DNA of 59,056 nucleotides, counting the filler, from Sluysia triapertura (taxonomy: Eukaryota), in the NCBI GenBank assembly GCA_046118255.1. It is 5 parts of 5 records of this genome, joined end to end, with 100 filler letters (N's around TTAATTAATTAA, not from the genome) between each part and the next. Parts side by side here need not be neighbours in the genome. Positions count along the whole stretch, not along the records: positions 1 to 11,035 come from JBJNIA010189831.1; positions 11,136 to 22,809 come from JBJNIA010181250.1; 3 more parts are not named here. One strand, given 5' to 3'. The notes below the pieces were generated by a model that saw only the letters and a list, made by a program, of their open reading frames with translations, was not told the origin of the DNA and did no database searches. How positions within the stretch are numbered: position 1 is the first letter of the stretch; each line of letters begins with the position of its first letter. Both the position numbers and the translations under genes were made by a program. Positions 1 through 11,207 of the stretch are shown here, one piece after another.

Positions 1-56
1 ATCGATTGACGTAGGCGAACCCAAATTATAAATATAAAATTTTTTATAATTGTTCA

Positions 57-477
57 GGTAGTAGTAAAACCGAACAACTGAAAAAACTGGAAAATGGAAT
101 AATTAATTCAATTGTTCACATTGTCAAACCAACTACTAAAGCATCGAATGTTAAAGGTAGAGCTAAATTGCATGATATCAAAGATATGAAATTATCATAC
201 AATATTACAAAAAGCTGAGGCTATAAATATAACTAAGTTTTCAAATGCAGTCCATAGTAATAATGTTTTATTGAATATTGATTCTTCAGAATCACCAAAT
301 ACAAATGAAGGATCTACAAATAGTGCAGCTTTAGTATGCGCCATCCTATTTCCTATATTTGCTGTTTCCGTGGTTTTAATATTTGTCGTTCTCAAGAAAA
401 AACAAAAGTCCAGAAAAAGAATAGAAATTCGGTTAGAAGGAATCCTCCAAAAGTCCCGACGTAGAATTAGAAAATGA
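57..477 (+). pseudogene. C-terminal part of a single-pass (type I) membrane glycoprotein, apparently frameshifted near 205-215
   Basis: TTCAG acceptor at ~53-57. The frame reads GSSKTEQLKKLEN...YNITK, then shifts to AEAINITKFSN...SAALVCAILFPIFAVSVVLIFVVL-KKKQKSRKR. This gives a hydrophobic helix, a basic stop-transfer cluster and two NIT sequons. Confidence 0.45.
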
Positions 478-704
478 AAAGCAAAACGTTTTTATTAGTT
501 CTTTGTGTATTAAACATTTGTTTTAATAATAAACTAAAAATAGAGATGAAATTTCGAAATATATTTTAAATTAACAGTTATCTATTAGGTTGTAGTATCA
601 ATGAATTTTATAAAAAAAGTACTTTAATTTTGTTATTTTTCCTATATTAAAAAACGAAAGACTTTGCATTAATTAAATACAAAAACTGTTTAGATATTAA
701 TATA

Positions 705-1449
705 ATGGCGTTTTTTAAAAATTTGCTGATGACTGATTTTAATGGTTATGCTAATGTTGACGAGCTAAATGTAGTTGGATACAAACTAGATAGTCCCAGT
801 TCTGTTGGCTCATAATTCGAATAATTCAACTGTAATGTTTTGGAAAGTTTGGAAAACGAACTTCATAGTTCATTAAGCAATTGTAAAAAAGCTGCACATG
901 AAATGTTTGAAAAATTATTGGATCAGCGTTTAATTACTGATTGTGTCCGATCAACTTATGGTGTTTTGCAACACTATAGTTTTATATTTAAATTGCCGTT
1001 TAAGATGAGGTAATTTGGCGATAAATGATTATCTTCGAGCGAGGACTTTATTTGGTAAATTAGTAATCAGTAATTTAGATTCGGATTTGACTTCATCCGT
1101 CAGTTTGAATCCTACATACTACGAATCCAGCTTACTTCGTGGTACTCATTCGTCTCAAGAACACCCAAGAATCAATACAATGCAACAAATTCAAGAATAT
1201 GATATACCTTCTCACGAAGATACTGTATATATAAGTATTGAGAATACATCGAATCAAGTTGTGCATGGAAGTGAAGCAATAGCCGACCAAATTCGGACTT
1301 TATTAGGGATTGCTAACGGCAAAAAACGTGATTTAAAAGGATTTACTCCTTCGTTTGCATCGGCTGTCTTAAAGGTCGATGGAATCGCGACGTTCAGCAA
1401 GATGTATTGGACATCAACGAACAATTTGATCCTGATCCTAAAAGATTAG
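705..1449 (+). pseudogene. Interrupted, apparently intronless ORF of unknown family
   Basis: ATG at 705 (MAFFKNLLMTDFNG...), with stops and frameshifts, continues into the 144-aa ORF 1015-1449. Composition is protein-like and AATAAA follows downstream. No family recognised. Confidence 0.35.
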
Positions 1450-1576
1450 TTACTGTTGTTAATCCTTTTTGTTTTAGTCTTTTTAGCAGTTCAATATTGA
1501 TTTACAACAAATTTTATTGTATGAATAAATGAACTTTTTGTTATCTTTACGTTAAACGCCCTCGGAGGAATGAAAG

Positions 1577-1701
1577 AGATAATTTTAACTGTTTAATCTT
1601 AAACTTTAAGTGCCTTAAGCACAAATTTTCGATCTTTTGCAAAAAATATAATTCTAATAATTCAAAATTTTAAAATAAAATGTAATTTAATCACAACAAT
1701 A
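1577..1701. repeat. Diverged direct repeat, copy 1 (copy 2 at 2960-3099; partial copy at ~1752-1793)
   Basis: AGATAATTTTAACTGTTTAAT...AAGTGCCTT...AATTTTCGATCTTTT...AATAATTCAAAATTTTAAAATAAAATGTAATTTAATCACAACAATA is shared by both copies. Confidence 0.9.
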
Positions 1702-1704
1702 AAA

Positions 1705-1752
1705 TGGTGTCAGGAGTGGGATTTGAACCCACGCCCTCAAAGAGGACCAGAA
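1705..1752 (-). tRNA. 3' half of tRNA-Leu (pseudogene or extended PBS) ending in an encoded CCA
   Basis: Reverse complement is TTCTGGTCCTCTTTGAGGGCGTGGGTTCAAATCCCACTCCTGACA-CCA-TTTT. It contains the long variable arm, T-arm GTGGG-TTCAAAT-CCCAC, and acceptor 3' strand TCCTGAC + A. The 5' half is absent. A 12-nt second copy lies at 1794-1805. Confidence 0.85.
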
Positions 1753-1879
1753 ATTTTAAAATAATAAGATATAATTTAATTACCACAATAAAATGGTGTC
1801 AGGAGAAAGCAGTAATGACACCCAAAATCAATTTTGAACGAAAACATTTTTATTGTTCCTTTAATGGTGTTCTTGTGTT

Positions 1880-2904
1880 GATATATATGATGATATGCGT
1901 TACAACAATTATAAAATTATATATAACCCTAATTTTAAAATTAAATTCATAACCAAACTCAAAAAAACTGATAACAATAAAGACTAAAATTAATATCTCT
2001 AATATTAAAATACATAAAAATTCAAAATCATTAAAAACTTTAAATTCCAAAACATTTAATTACAACAATATCGTATTATTCAAAAGAAACACAACCCTTC
2101 ATAATCATAAAAAGCATAAAAAATATAAGCCTCACATCCACAAAGTACCTTCTCATTCCACACATTTAACCACATCAACCATGACCAGTAAACATCAAAC
2201 AACCGTTCACAAACAACCCACTACTAAACTAGATTTATGCAGAATATATTAACTACATCAAGACCGAAGCAGATATCGATATTTGGTCCAACCTTACCAA
2301 ATGTCCAAAAAAGGTTAAAATCCATATTAAAAAGTCCAAAACACCGCAATAAAAACATCGTTGAGCAAAAACGTGTTTCTTGGCAACCAATTCTAAGACA
2401 TACCACATCATACCAGCAAATAAAATCCAAAATACCATTGATCTTAATAAATGCAACCAAAACCACTTAATAAACAAAATCCATCAATTAAACAAGAGTC
2501 TACAAGAAATACACTCAGATTTTAAGCAATATTCACTAGTAAATAACATTCTAACAGACAGCAATAATAATACAACACTGAGTCAACCATCCGCCAACAA
2601 CCCACACATCAATTCTGAGAAAACGACGATCAACTCCACAAAACCCACACGAATTACCTCAACATACTCACAAGAACATAATACAAAATACCAAAACAAA
2701 TCATACATTACTACAAATCGCTCACGCACCGCATCCCGACAAATTCTTACAGACGAACCAAACAACTCTTCACCACATACTCCACATGGTAAACATTCAC
2801 AGACATTCTCCAAATTCTTTATCTCAAAATCACATAATAACAATAAAATTCTAGGGTATGGCTTTGCCACCACATCATCCCGATCATTTATTCGGAGCGC
2901 CTAA
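1880..2904 (+). mobile_element. G-depleted, A/C-rich low-complexity segment, probably retroelement-derived
   Basis: Strong C>G strand skew, overlapping Asn/Thr/His-rich ORFs 2237-2470 and 2380-2904, and GCCACCACA at ~2866-2874 resembling the element termini found elsewhere in the window. Confidence 0.35.
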
Positions 2905-3099
2905 AAGATAAACCCCAACAAAAACTTAAAATTATCGGCCAAACACCGCCAGGAACGCCAGATAATTTTAACTGTTTAATTTCAAAATTTAAGTGCCTTC
3001 AGCACATATTCGTTAAAATAAATTTTCGATCTTTTACAGAAAAATATGATTCCAATAATTCAAAATTTTAAAATAAAATGTAATTTAATCACAACAATA

Positions 3100-4812
3100 C
3101 CCTCCTTTTATCCGAAAGAAAACCTAATATTCTATCTACTTCCTCTACTTCTTATCTCCACCTTCTTCCACTGAATCATCTACTCCTTTCAAGATTCCAG
3201 AACCAATCACGCGAAAACGCCACTCCCAATCGATGGCCACAACATCCAATTCGATATCCAGGAGAACAATCAACACATCACATTCCCTTTCTATACTGCC
3301 TGTGGTCCAAACTATCGCTACCACCCAGCCGAAGACCTCGATCGGCTCCTGGGGTGCTTACGGATTCACCGTCGCCTCCTCAGTTTGGTTCCGAAGTTGA
3401 TCTGGACTTCGATTTTTGAAGATTTGCGGACAAATCTTCGCCTGCGAAAGAGTAGTGTTGAGGAGCAGAAGCATTTAATTAACTTCACTAATACGACAAT
3501 TACACATCATATTAAATTTGATTGATTTTTGACTTATTTTATTTTAATGATTTTATTATTTACATTTCTTTGAAATTATTTATGTAAATATTATTATTAT
3601 ATAAATATAAATTATTTAGCAATAATATATAAATTAGTAAAAATATAAATGGATTGATAAATACAAAATAAATTGAAATACAAATTTATTGATTAGTAAA
3701 AATATAAATTAATAATATAAAATAAATTGAAATTGTTTAAATTGGTAATTGTTTTAATTGTCTAATCAAAAAAATAAACAAAATGGTGCAAATAAATTCA
3801 ATATATAAGTAAGCCAATTTCTGATAAAATTTGACAATTAGAATTGAGAAAAGAGAATTAAGCAAGTCTTTGGAATGATTAACAAGAGAAAAGAAACTAT
3901 TCAAAACCTACAATCTTGAATAAACTTCAATTAAAAACCGAATTTAGTTATTTATAAGATTCTCTAAGTCCTAATTTTAATAAAATAGAACCTAACATTC
4001 TACTTATTTTATTGTCAGACCGTAAAAAGTCTGTCTTAAAATCAAACTAAAATTCATTTTAACAAAAAATCTAAGAATTTCTTAAGATTGAAACTCATTA
4101 TCGTCAATGTATTTATCCTCTTTGTCTACTGTCAAATTTTTCGATCGAAACTATTGTAAAGTTTATTACTATTCTGTTTTGAAGTCAGTGTTGTGTAGAA
4201 TAAAATTTTTCGATAATTGCATTGAATTGTGTTATATAAAATCCGTGGTAATTTTAATCAGACTGATTTAACTTTTAAAATATTTGAATATTTGACAGAC
4301 CGTAAAAAGGCTGTCTTAATATATAAAATTAAATTGATCATTAAGAGACCGTAAAAAGGCTGTCTTAACTTAGAGATAAAAGAAAAATTAAAATTACTTT
4401 ATTAAATACTGCTACCAGTTGATTTTTGTTGAAACTATAAGTCTAATTAGACCGTCGACAGCTAGTGACATAAACTGTCTCTAATTAGCCGAACCTTTCT
4501 CCAGACGATAATTATTTTGCTAAATAGGTTCTTTTAATTATAATTTAAATAATTATAGATAATAAATTATAAATAAATAAAATATTTATTTAAAATTATT
4601 TATGTATGCAGTGTTGAGTTATGAAGAAATGTGTTTGTAATTGTGATGTGTAGATGTGGAGTTCACTACAGTGATAAATAGATATTTCAGAACAAATTTA
4701 ATTTTGGAAATTTTAAAAAGTTAAAATTTTTAAAAAGACACCAAGCACAAACAATTGTTCGCAGTATAAAATCTATAAAAATTTAATTAAATCTAATAAA
4801 AAAGGAGCGACA
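3100..4812 (+). mobile_element. Putative LTR-retrotransposon 3' end plus LTR (LTR ~3456-4812)
   Basis: A GC-richer segment ends GCGGACAAATC...GAAAGAGTAG|TGTTGAGG (PPT-like purine run then TG). Possible CA end at GGAGCGACA (4812). Internal AGACCGTAAAAAG motif repeats. Confidence 0.4.
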
Positions 4813-4820
4813 TGAGAATT

Positions 4821-5082
4821 AATTGAAATACAAATTTATTGATTAGTAAAAATATAAATTAATAATATAAAATAAATTGAAATTGTTTAAATTGGTAATT
4901 GTTTTAATTGTCTAATCAAAAAAATAAACAAAATGGTGCAAATAAATTCAATATATAAGTAAGCCAATTTCTGATAAAATTTGACAATTAGAATTGAGAA
5001 AAGAGAATTAAGCAAGTCTTTGGAATGATTAACAAGAGAAAAGAAACTATTCAAAACCTACAATCTTGAATAAACTTCAATT
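4821..5082 (+). repeat. Apparently exact 262-bp duplicate of 3671-3932
   Basis: Base-by-base match by eye from AATTGAAATACAAATTT to GAATAAACTTCAATT, offset 1150 bp. Confidence 0.92.
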
Positions 5083-7493
5083 CAGTTCGATATTTCATCA
5101 CATATTACTCGTGGAATAACCAATTTAATTCATGATACCGTTTGTGAATTTTATCATTATATCGTTGAAGCACGGTGAAATATTAAAAAAATACAGATAA
5201 AACTATAATAAGACATGTCATTATCTTCATTACATAATATATTATTTTAAAGTATAAATTATTATTTTGATTATTTTAATAACTATGTTATAAAATAAAA
5301 AATTTTAAAAATGAAAACTTAAAAATCTACTACTAATTATAAACTAAAACAATATTATACAAATTATTATATTGAATTGAAAAATTACTTATGTTAAATT
5401 AAATTCATAGTATAAAATAATTACTAGAGAATTTCTTGAATAGAATAGTTATTGTAGAATAACTATAGTGTGGTAAACTCAATACAATACAGTATTTTGA
5501 TATAACCGAATTCGATAAAACCAACTGTGATGATGATTACGTTTCTCCACCAACTTTAAACACCTATACAAAGTTTCACCTTGAGCACATCAAAACACAT
5601 GTCACACATGCCATTGCATAATTCATAAATTTCCACATCTTCACTAGCTCTCAAGACAATACATTTATAAAATCTTAAATAATGAAACTATTATTTTATT
5701 CATCAACATTACCAAAATTAGTCACTAAACATTATAACTCACATTTGTCATCAGTATCACATTGATCGTTATCGATACTATTAATTCATATATAACACAA
5801 TCAGTAAAGCATCAACAATAAATAAACGGTAATTCTGAAACACTAACTGAACTCAAACTTTTTAGAAAGACTAATACGACAATCACAATAACTACATCAA
5901 CATTTACTTAGCTATACACTAAAAATTAATAATTTTACTAACTATGAAACATCATTACGATCATATTGTTCTTTTTATCCTTCTATTTTATATTATGAGT
6001 GTTTCTTTCCTACTTATGCAATTGCAGCTGTTTTGATATCTCTCATGCAACTTTATCTGCGAAATATATTAATTCAAGAACATTACTGATAAAATCATAC
6101 ACTTTTACAAGTTGTATGAATACATTTTTAACTGATTCAATTATATAATAAATTTATTCTATGCGTACTTTCTGATAAAGAACGCCACCAAATAATATAT
6201 TTTCATAATTCATTATGTCGACATAAGTTTGGTTAATAGTCTTGGAAACTTCAATTACACATGTTAAACTTTCATCATACTGTTTGTTCACTTGAATTTA
6301 TACCTCCTTGTTCCTTCTAATATCAATGACCCTTGCGCGACCAATAAAACAGAAATAAAAATGTCTAATATTTTAAATATTTTAATTCATTAACTTATAA
6401 TTGGATAGTAGAAACTTGAGAAGCCGTGAATGTATTGTAATTGAATGTATCGGGATAGTCGCGGGAGATTTATGTAATTTGGGTTTTTAATTATTTAAGA
6501 TTGATTACATTTCTAGTGTCACGAATGTTAATGACCAAATCGTTCTCAATAATTGTGTTATAGATATTACGAAACAGATTATTCAGAAAAGAGAAAGATT
6601 TTACACGTTCGTTTAAGCTATTTTTGTTATTTTTTATAATTTTATAATAATTTGTTTATGATATGTTTATGTATAAAAGACAGCCATCAATTTTAAAATT
6701 AATATAGACATGAACCACAATGATGGTCGAAGACTACCTAATTATAATTGTCTTATAATTACTAACGACTACGAGATAGGTAAAGTTATAGTTTTGATCG
6801 TGGCAACTGATTTTAAAATAATGTTGTGGTGAGCCAGCCTTCGCCTATCTATATATCGCATCAATCATAGATTCCATCGACACAAAAATTGCATGATAAT
6901 AAGCCTTATCCATATCGTTCACAACATTACAACACTCGTCCTTATAAAAAAACAGATGCCTAATAAAATTCTTTCTGCTGACATTTTTTTCATCAAAATA
7001 AATCACTTTGCCATCACTATGAAACAATATCTTTTTATTTGTATATCACAATCTTTTATTTTATATTTTCACATATTTTATTTATAAATTGTTGTGAATA
7101 AAGCTACAAATGAATTTATCAAAGGATGAGCAAAATATTGCTCTTACGAAAGAGAATACAAAATTAAAAGAACAGATTGAAATCAAAAAACGCGAATTAG
7201 ATAAATTAGAACATGTTTTCTTAGCTAATTTAGCTCATAAAGAACAAGAAATCGCTGAACTTTCGGCTCAAATTGATGATGAAATCTTCGTTAAATCCAC
7301 GTAATCAACAACTTAGGTGTTGATATCAACGGACAGGAAATAACAATTAACTAAAAACTGTGATTATAGTGTTGAATTAAATCAGTCTCCTTCAGTCCTA
7401 CGCTGATCATCTTACACAAAATAGGCCCATTATTTCAATTACCGGATCAAAACATTAACTCGACTAAGATTCGCTTTTCATAAAGGGAGCTGA

Positions 7494-7817
7494 TGTGGTG
7501 TCTCAGTCATATACTGTACTTTTATTATCACATAAACTCACAATTTTATGTGATATTTCCTACATTTCACCTTATTTCTTATCACGCAAACCACAAAACC
7601 CAAAATAAAATCATTAGAACATAAACTATTACAATTGATTGTATTTGTATCATATCGCCTCCCTCATCCACTTTAGCGGTACCACTAAGAACATTTCTAT
7701 AACTCTGCACTACATCCTCTTTTCATAAATTATGTATATTATTTATAGTTTTACTTTTCTTTATTCCTTCTCTTTCTTAATTGTCACTAATTTATCCACA
7801 CAAACTGAGAGATACGA
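7494..7817 (+). mobile_element. Putative LTR preceded by a PPT-like tract
   Basis: TAAAGGGAGCTGA|TGTGGTGTCTCAG start, C/A-rich body, and a degenerate inverted end CTGAGAGATACGA. Confidence 0.4.
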
Positions 7818-7860
7818 AGTTAGTATCCCTCAGAAAAACTAAAAGATTTTTCTCCTGATA

Positions 7861-8050
7861 GGTAAAGAAAGTATTCCTTTTGATGTTGCGGTAATATTTT
7901 GGCAGGAATTACATGTACCTATTTTTAGAAAAACTAAGTAGAAAGTAAATAGAAAATAATAGATTTCATTGTCAATAGGAAGATTGACGATATTTGGTAA
8001 AACTGTTGATGAAAATACGAGAGTTGTATATCGATCTAAAAGTGCTAGAC
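7861..8050 (+). pseudogene. Degenerate fragment resembling the DEPDC5/Iml1 N-terminal region
   Basis: VDENTRVVYRSKSAR (8005-8049) recalls DEPDC5/Iml1 'xxEDTRVVFRSxSA'. Upstream KESIPFDVAVIF recalls 'KETISVDQTVTQVF'. Frames are broken. Confidence 0.4.
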
Positions 8051-10674
8051 ATTTTGATTAATTTTAATGTGGCATATTCATAAATGAAATGAACATGTAC
8101 GTTGATGTCACAAGGTCTTATTCAGTTGAATTTGCGTCAAAACATCAAGTTAAAATGTAAAAGAATCATTAAAGAAAGATGTTACAATGTTGATGAAATT
8201 AGCGCTACATGTATTCAGAATAAGAAAATTTTAAAATGATCGCATGAGTTATGAAGAACATACGTTGGACGACCTCCCAGCGCATAAAATGCATAAATTG
8301 ATGACTGATAAATTTGCAAATTGTGTGATCTGGAGAAAATTTAACAAATTATTATTAATCCGAAGTTTTGACTTTCGAAATGATGCAAGTTCAAAAAGAA
8401 ATTTCAATCAAAATTGTAGGATAAATTTCGAGAAATTCAAGAACTTATGGAAACTGAATTGTCTGCTTGTATTTCTTTTACTCCAAAAAACTGAATTCAA
8501 ATCAGAAAAATTCAAGATCTAAATTTCAACTGTCTGGTCCCAAAGCTGATGAGGAAATTAATAAGCTCAAGATAAGCATTAAAATAAGAAATAAGTACTA
8601 GTGTTTCTAACGCTGATTACTTAAATCAAAATGATACTACAGAAATAAATGGAGACTTAGGAGGCTGTGTTTACTAATAATAATAATAATGAAGAGGTTG
8701 ATTTAAAATGTGGACAAGAAACAACTACTAATTAAGAATTAGTAATATTATAGTATATTGCTACAGAGAACTAACAGAATATTACATATAGTGATAAATT
8801 TAATTTCAAAAATTATTGGTTTTTAAATAAAGTATTGACTTGTTTAAATAACAAAGAAATTTTAAAAGTTATCGAATAAGTGAACTTTTGAAAACAAAGT
8901 TATTTTAATTTTAAAAGTTTTCCTTTGGAGCGATTTTTGGAAAGAGTTTCTATATCAAGTTGTTAAGCAATTATTATCAGACATTCTTGAAGTTTTTTAT
9001 CGGAGTATAATTCACTGAAAAATACATAATTTCTTTTGTTGATCGTTAGTTAATGTTTACTAAGATAATTCATTATGTTTCACTAAGATAAAATAAACGA
9101 TTAATTTATTTCTTAATATATAAGTCCAAACAACATCAGATTTAAAAAACATTAAGAACTTAATTTTTTTTGTAAAAAGGTAAAACGCTAACGAAATTTT
9201 CAAAAGAGCTTGAGATATTAAAATGCATTGTTTCAAATATCGGATTATTAAAATAAAATCGAAACGAATGTATATCATAATAATGTGGTGTATATAGAAA
9301 TTACTTGGATCTACGTTAAAACCAAAATTATAATATGTGTAAAGCACAGATCGATGAATCTATTTAGAGTAAACGTCCACCGAAAATGGCTGTAAAACAT
9401 AACACTTATTGTAATACTTGATTTAGTATTCAGAAAATTTACATCTGATTCAATCTTATTACCATAATTTGACATGGAAATTGTAATTAAGCTCTGCGAA
9501 ATAAACTCTAAAAACTTCAATCTTTTCAAAGTAGTATTGAATTAGTAACAGCATTTGAATGTCATCTTTAAAATCTGTTTCAAATAATACCAAAATGGCC
9601 ATCATGCAAAACTAATTTAAAATGTCAGTTTAAAAAATTGATTAATTATTTTAACCAATATAATTATTAATAATCATATTTTTAATTCTTAATATTATTT
9701 ATTTTGTAATTGAGATATGTATTTCTGAATGTGTTGCATCTAATTTAACTTTCAAAGTTAAAATTTCCTATTTTCATCAATTTAATTTCTTAATTCTTTA
9801 ACTTCTTGCATAAATTCATCTGGTTTTAGACATTTTGAAGTATAGTATCTCCTACTGGTAATCCAGATTTACAAATACCATACTCAGCGATAGTTTCATT
9901 AACAGAGATTCTGCAATTCTCTTTTCTAATAAACAGGCATTAATTTTTATTCGTACGTTTTGGTGTTTAATTCTAGCTTTGTTTTCCAAAGAGTATACAT
10001 TGCAAGATTTTAATTCTGTCAGAATTACATTTTTATTACATTTTATGCTTTGTGTATATATGTAAATACTACAAAATTTTTAATATTATTTTTAATATAT
10101 TAAATGTTAAAAACGTATTAAAATATATTAAATATTAAAGATTGAAAATAAAAATATAAGAAAATCTAAAAAGTAATTTTGTTTAAATTACTAAATTATT
10201 TATTTAGGTCAAGAAAAGAATAAAGAAATTAAATTATTTAAGAATTAAAATAAATCATTTATGGAGGTGAAAATGTCGATGCAAATTAATATAAATAGAT
10301 CAAGAATTTTTGAACATAAGAAAGACTAACAGCAGCAGCAATTGAAGATTCTAAAGAAAAAATTAGAAAACATTTTTTGTGAAGATCCATGTCTAATAAA
10401 TAATTTTTTATTAAGTTTTGTATTCACCATAATTTTGGGAATACTAAAATACAAGTAAAATTTTTAATATTGTTTCGTACCAACACCTTAAAGAGAGTTG
10501 AGTAATTTACACTTTAAATCCTAAAAAATAATCAATTAGTAGTTAATTGAATTATTATAATTATTATTATAGCTGCATTTTATTTTTTTGCGAATATTTT
10601 TTCTGCAATAATTTAATACATCAAGTACGTTTGACTTGCATACTTTACTTTAAATAAAATATTAAATTTGCTTT

Positions 10675-10870
10675 CTAAACAATACCTTAATAAAAGGTAT
10701 TGTTTAGCTTACTAAGTATATTTACCAGGTAAAATATCTGTTTTCCAACACCATAATAAAAGGGTTGTGAAATTTATAAAATAAAATACACATTTTTGTA
10801 CACCTTAATAAAATGGTTGTGTAATTTATTGTTTTTGCTGAACACCTTAATAAAATGGTTGTGTAATTTG
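10675..10870. repeat. Cluster of four (semi)palindromic ACACCTTAATAAAA(T/G)GGTTGT-like motifs
   Basis: Perfect 14-bp stem CTAAACAATACCTT/AAGGTATTGTTTAG at 10675-10707, with variants near 10747, 10800 and 10842. Confidence 0.75.
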
Positions 10871-10911
10871 TAAAATATGAAATTAAATTTGCCACATATC
10901 ATCGTTTAAGT

Positions 10912-11035
10912 CAGGGGTCTTCAACCTTTTATACTTCTAGGAACCCTTCGAGCCCATTGGTTTCGTGAAGGAACCTCATGTTTCTCCTCCTGAACCTCAT
11001 AAAGAAAATAATTTGTCAGAGTTTTTTCTACTCAA
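10912..11035 (+). mobile_element. hAT (Charlie-like) left end, cut by the contig end
   Basis: Starts CAGGGGTCTTCAACC, a typical hAT-Charlie terminus, followed by GGAACC subterminal repeats. Confidence 0.5.
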
Positions 11036-11135
11036 NNNNNNNNNNNNNNNNNNNNNNNNNNNNNNNNNNNNNNNNNNNNTTAATTAATTAANNNNNNNNN
11101 NNNNNNNNNNNNNNNNNNNNNNNNNNNNNNNNNNN
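11036..11135. other. Artificial contig spacer (also 22810-22909, 34482-34581, 45735-45834)
   Basis: 44 N + TTAATTAATTAA (stops in all six frames) + 44 N, identical four times. Confidence 0.97.

Positions 11136-11206
<71 letters not shown>
11136..11206. repeat. (ATT)n/(TAA)n microsatellite. Others at ~13941-14016, 15553-15607, 22988-23039, 26626-26670, 29375-29440, 31752-31792, 34402-34481, 43420-43497 and 45668-45734
   Basis: Directly visible; several abut contig ends or gaps. Confidence 0.95.

Positions 11207-11207
<1 letters not shown>

Noticed and set aside
1705-1752. Trans-spliced or permuted tRNA-Leu
   Set aside because: No matching 5' half (GTCAGGATGGCCGAG-like) or complementary leader was found in the window.
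11080-11091. TTAATTAATTAA recurring every ~11.5 kb as a periodic biological signal
   Set aside because: Always centred in 44+44 N, so it is an assembly concatenation linker.
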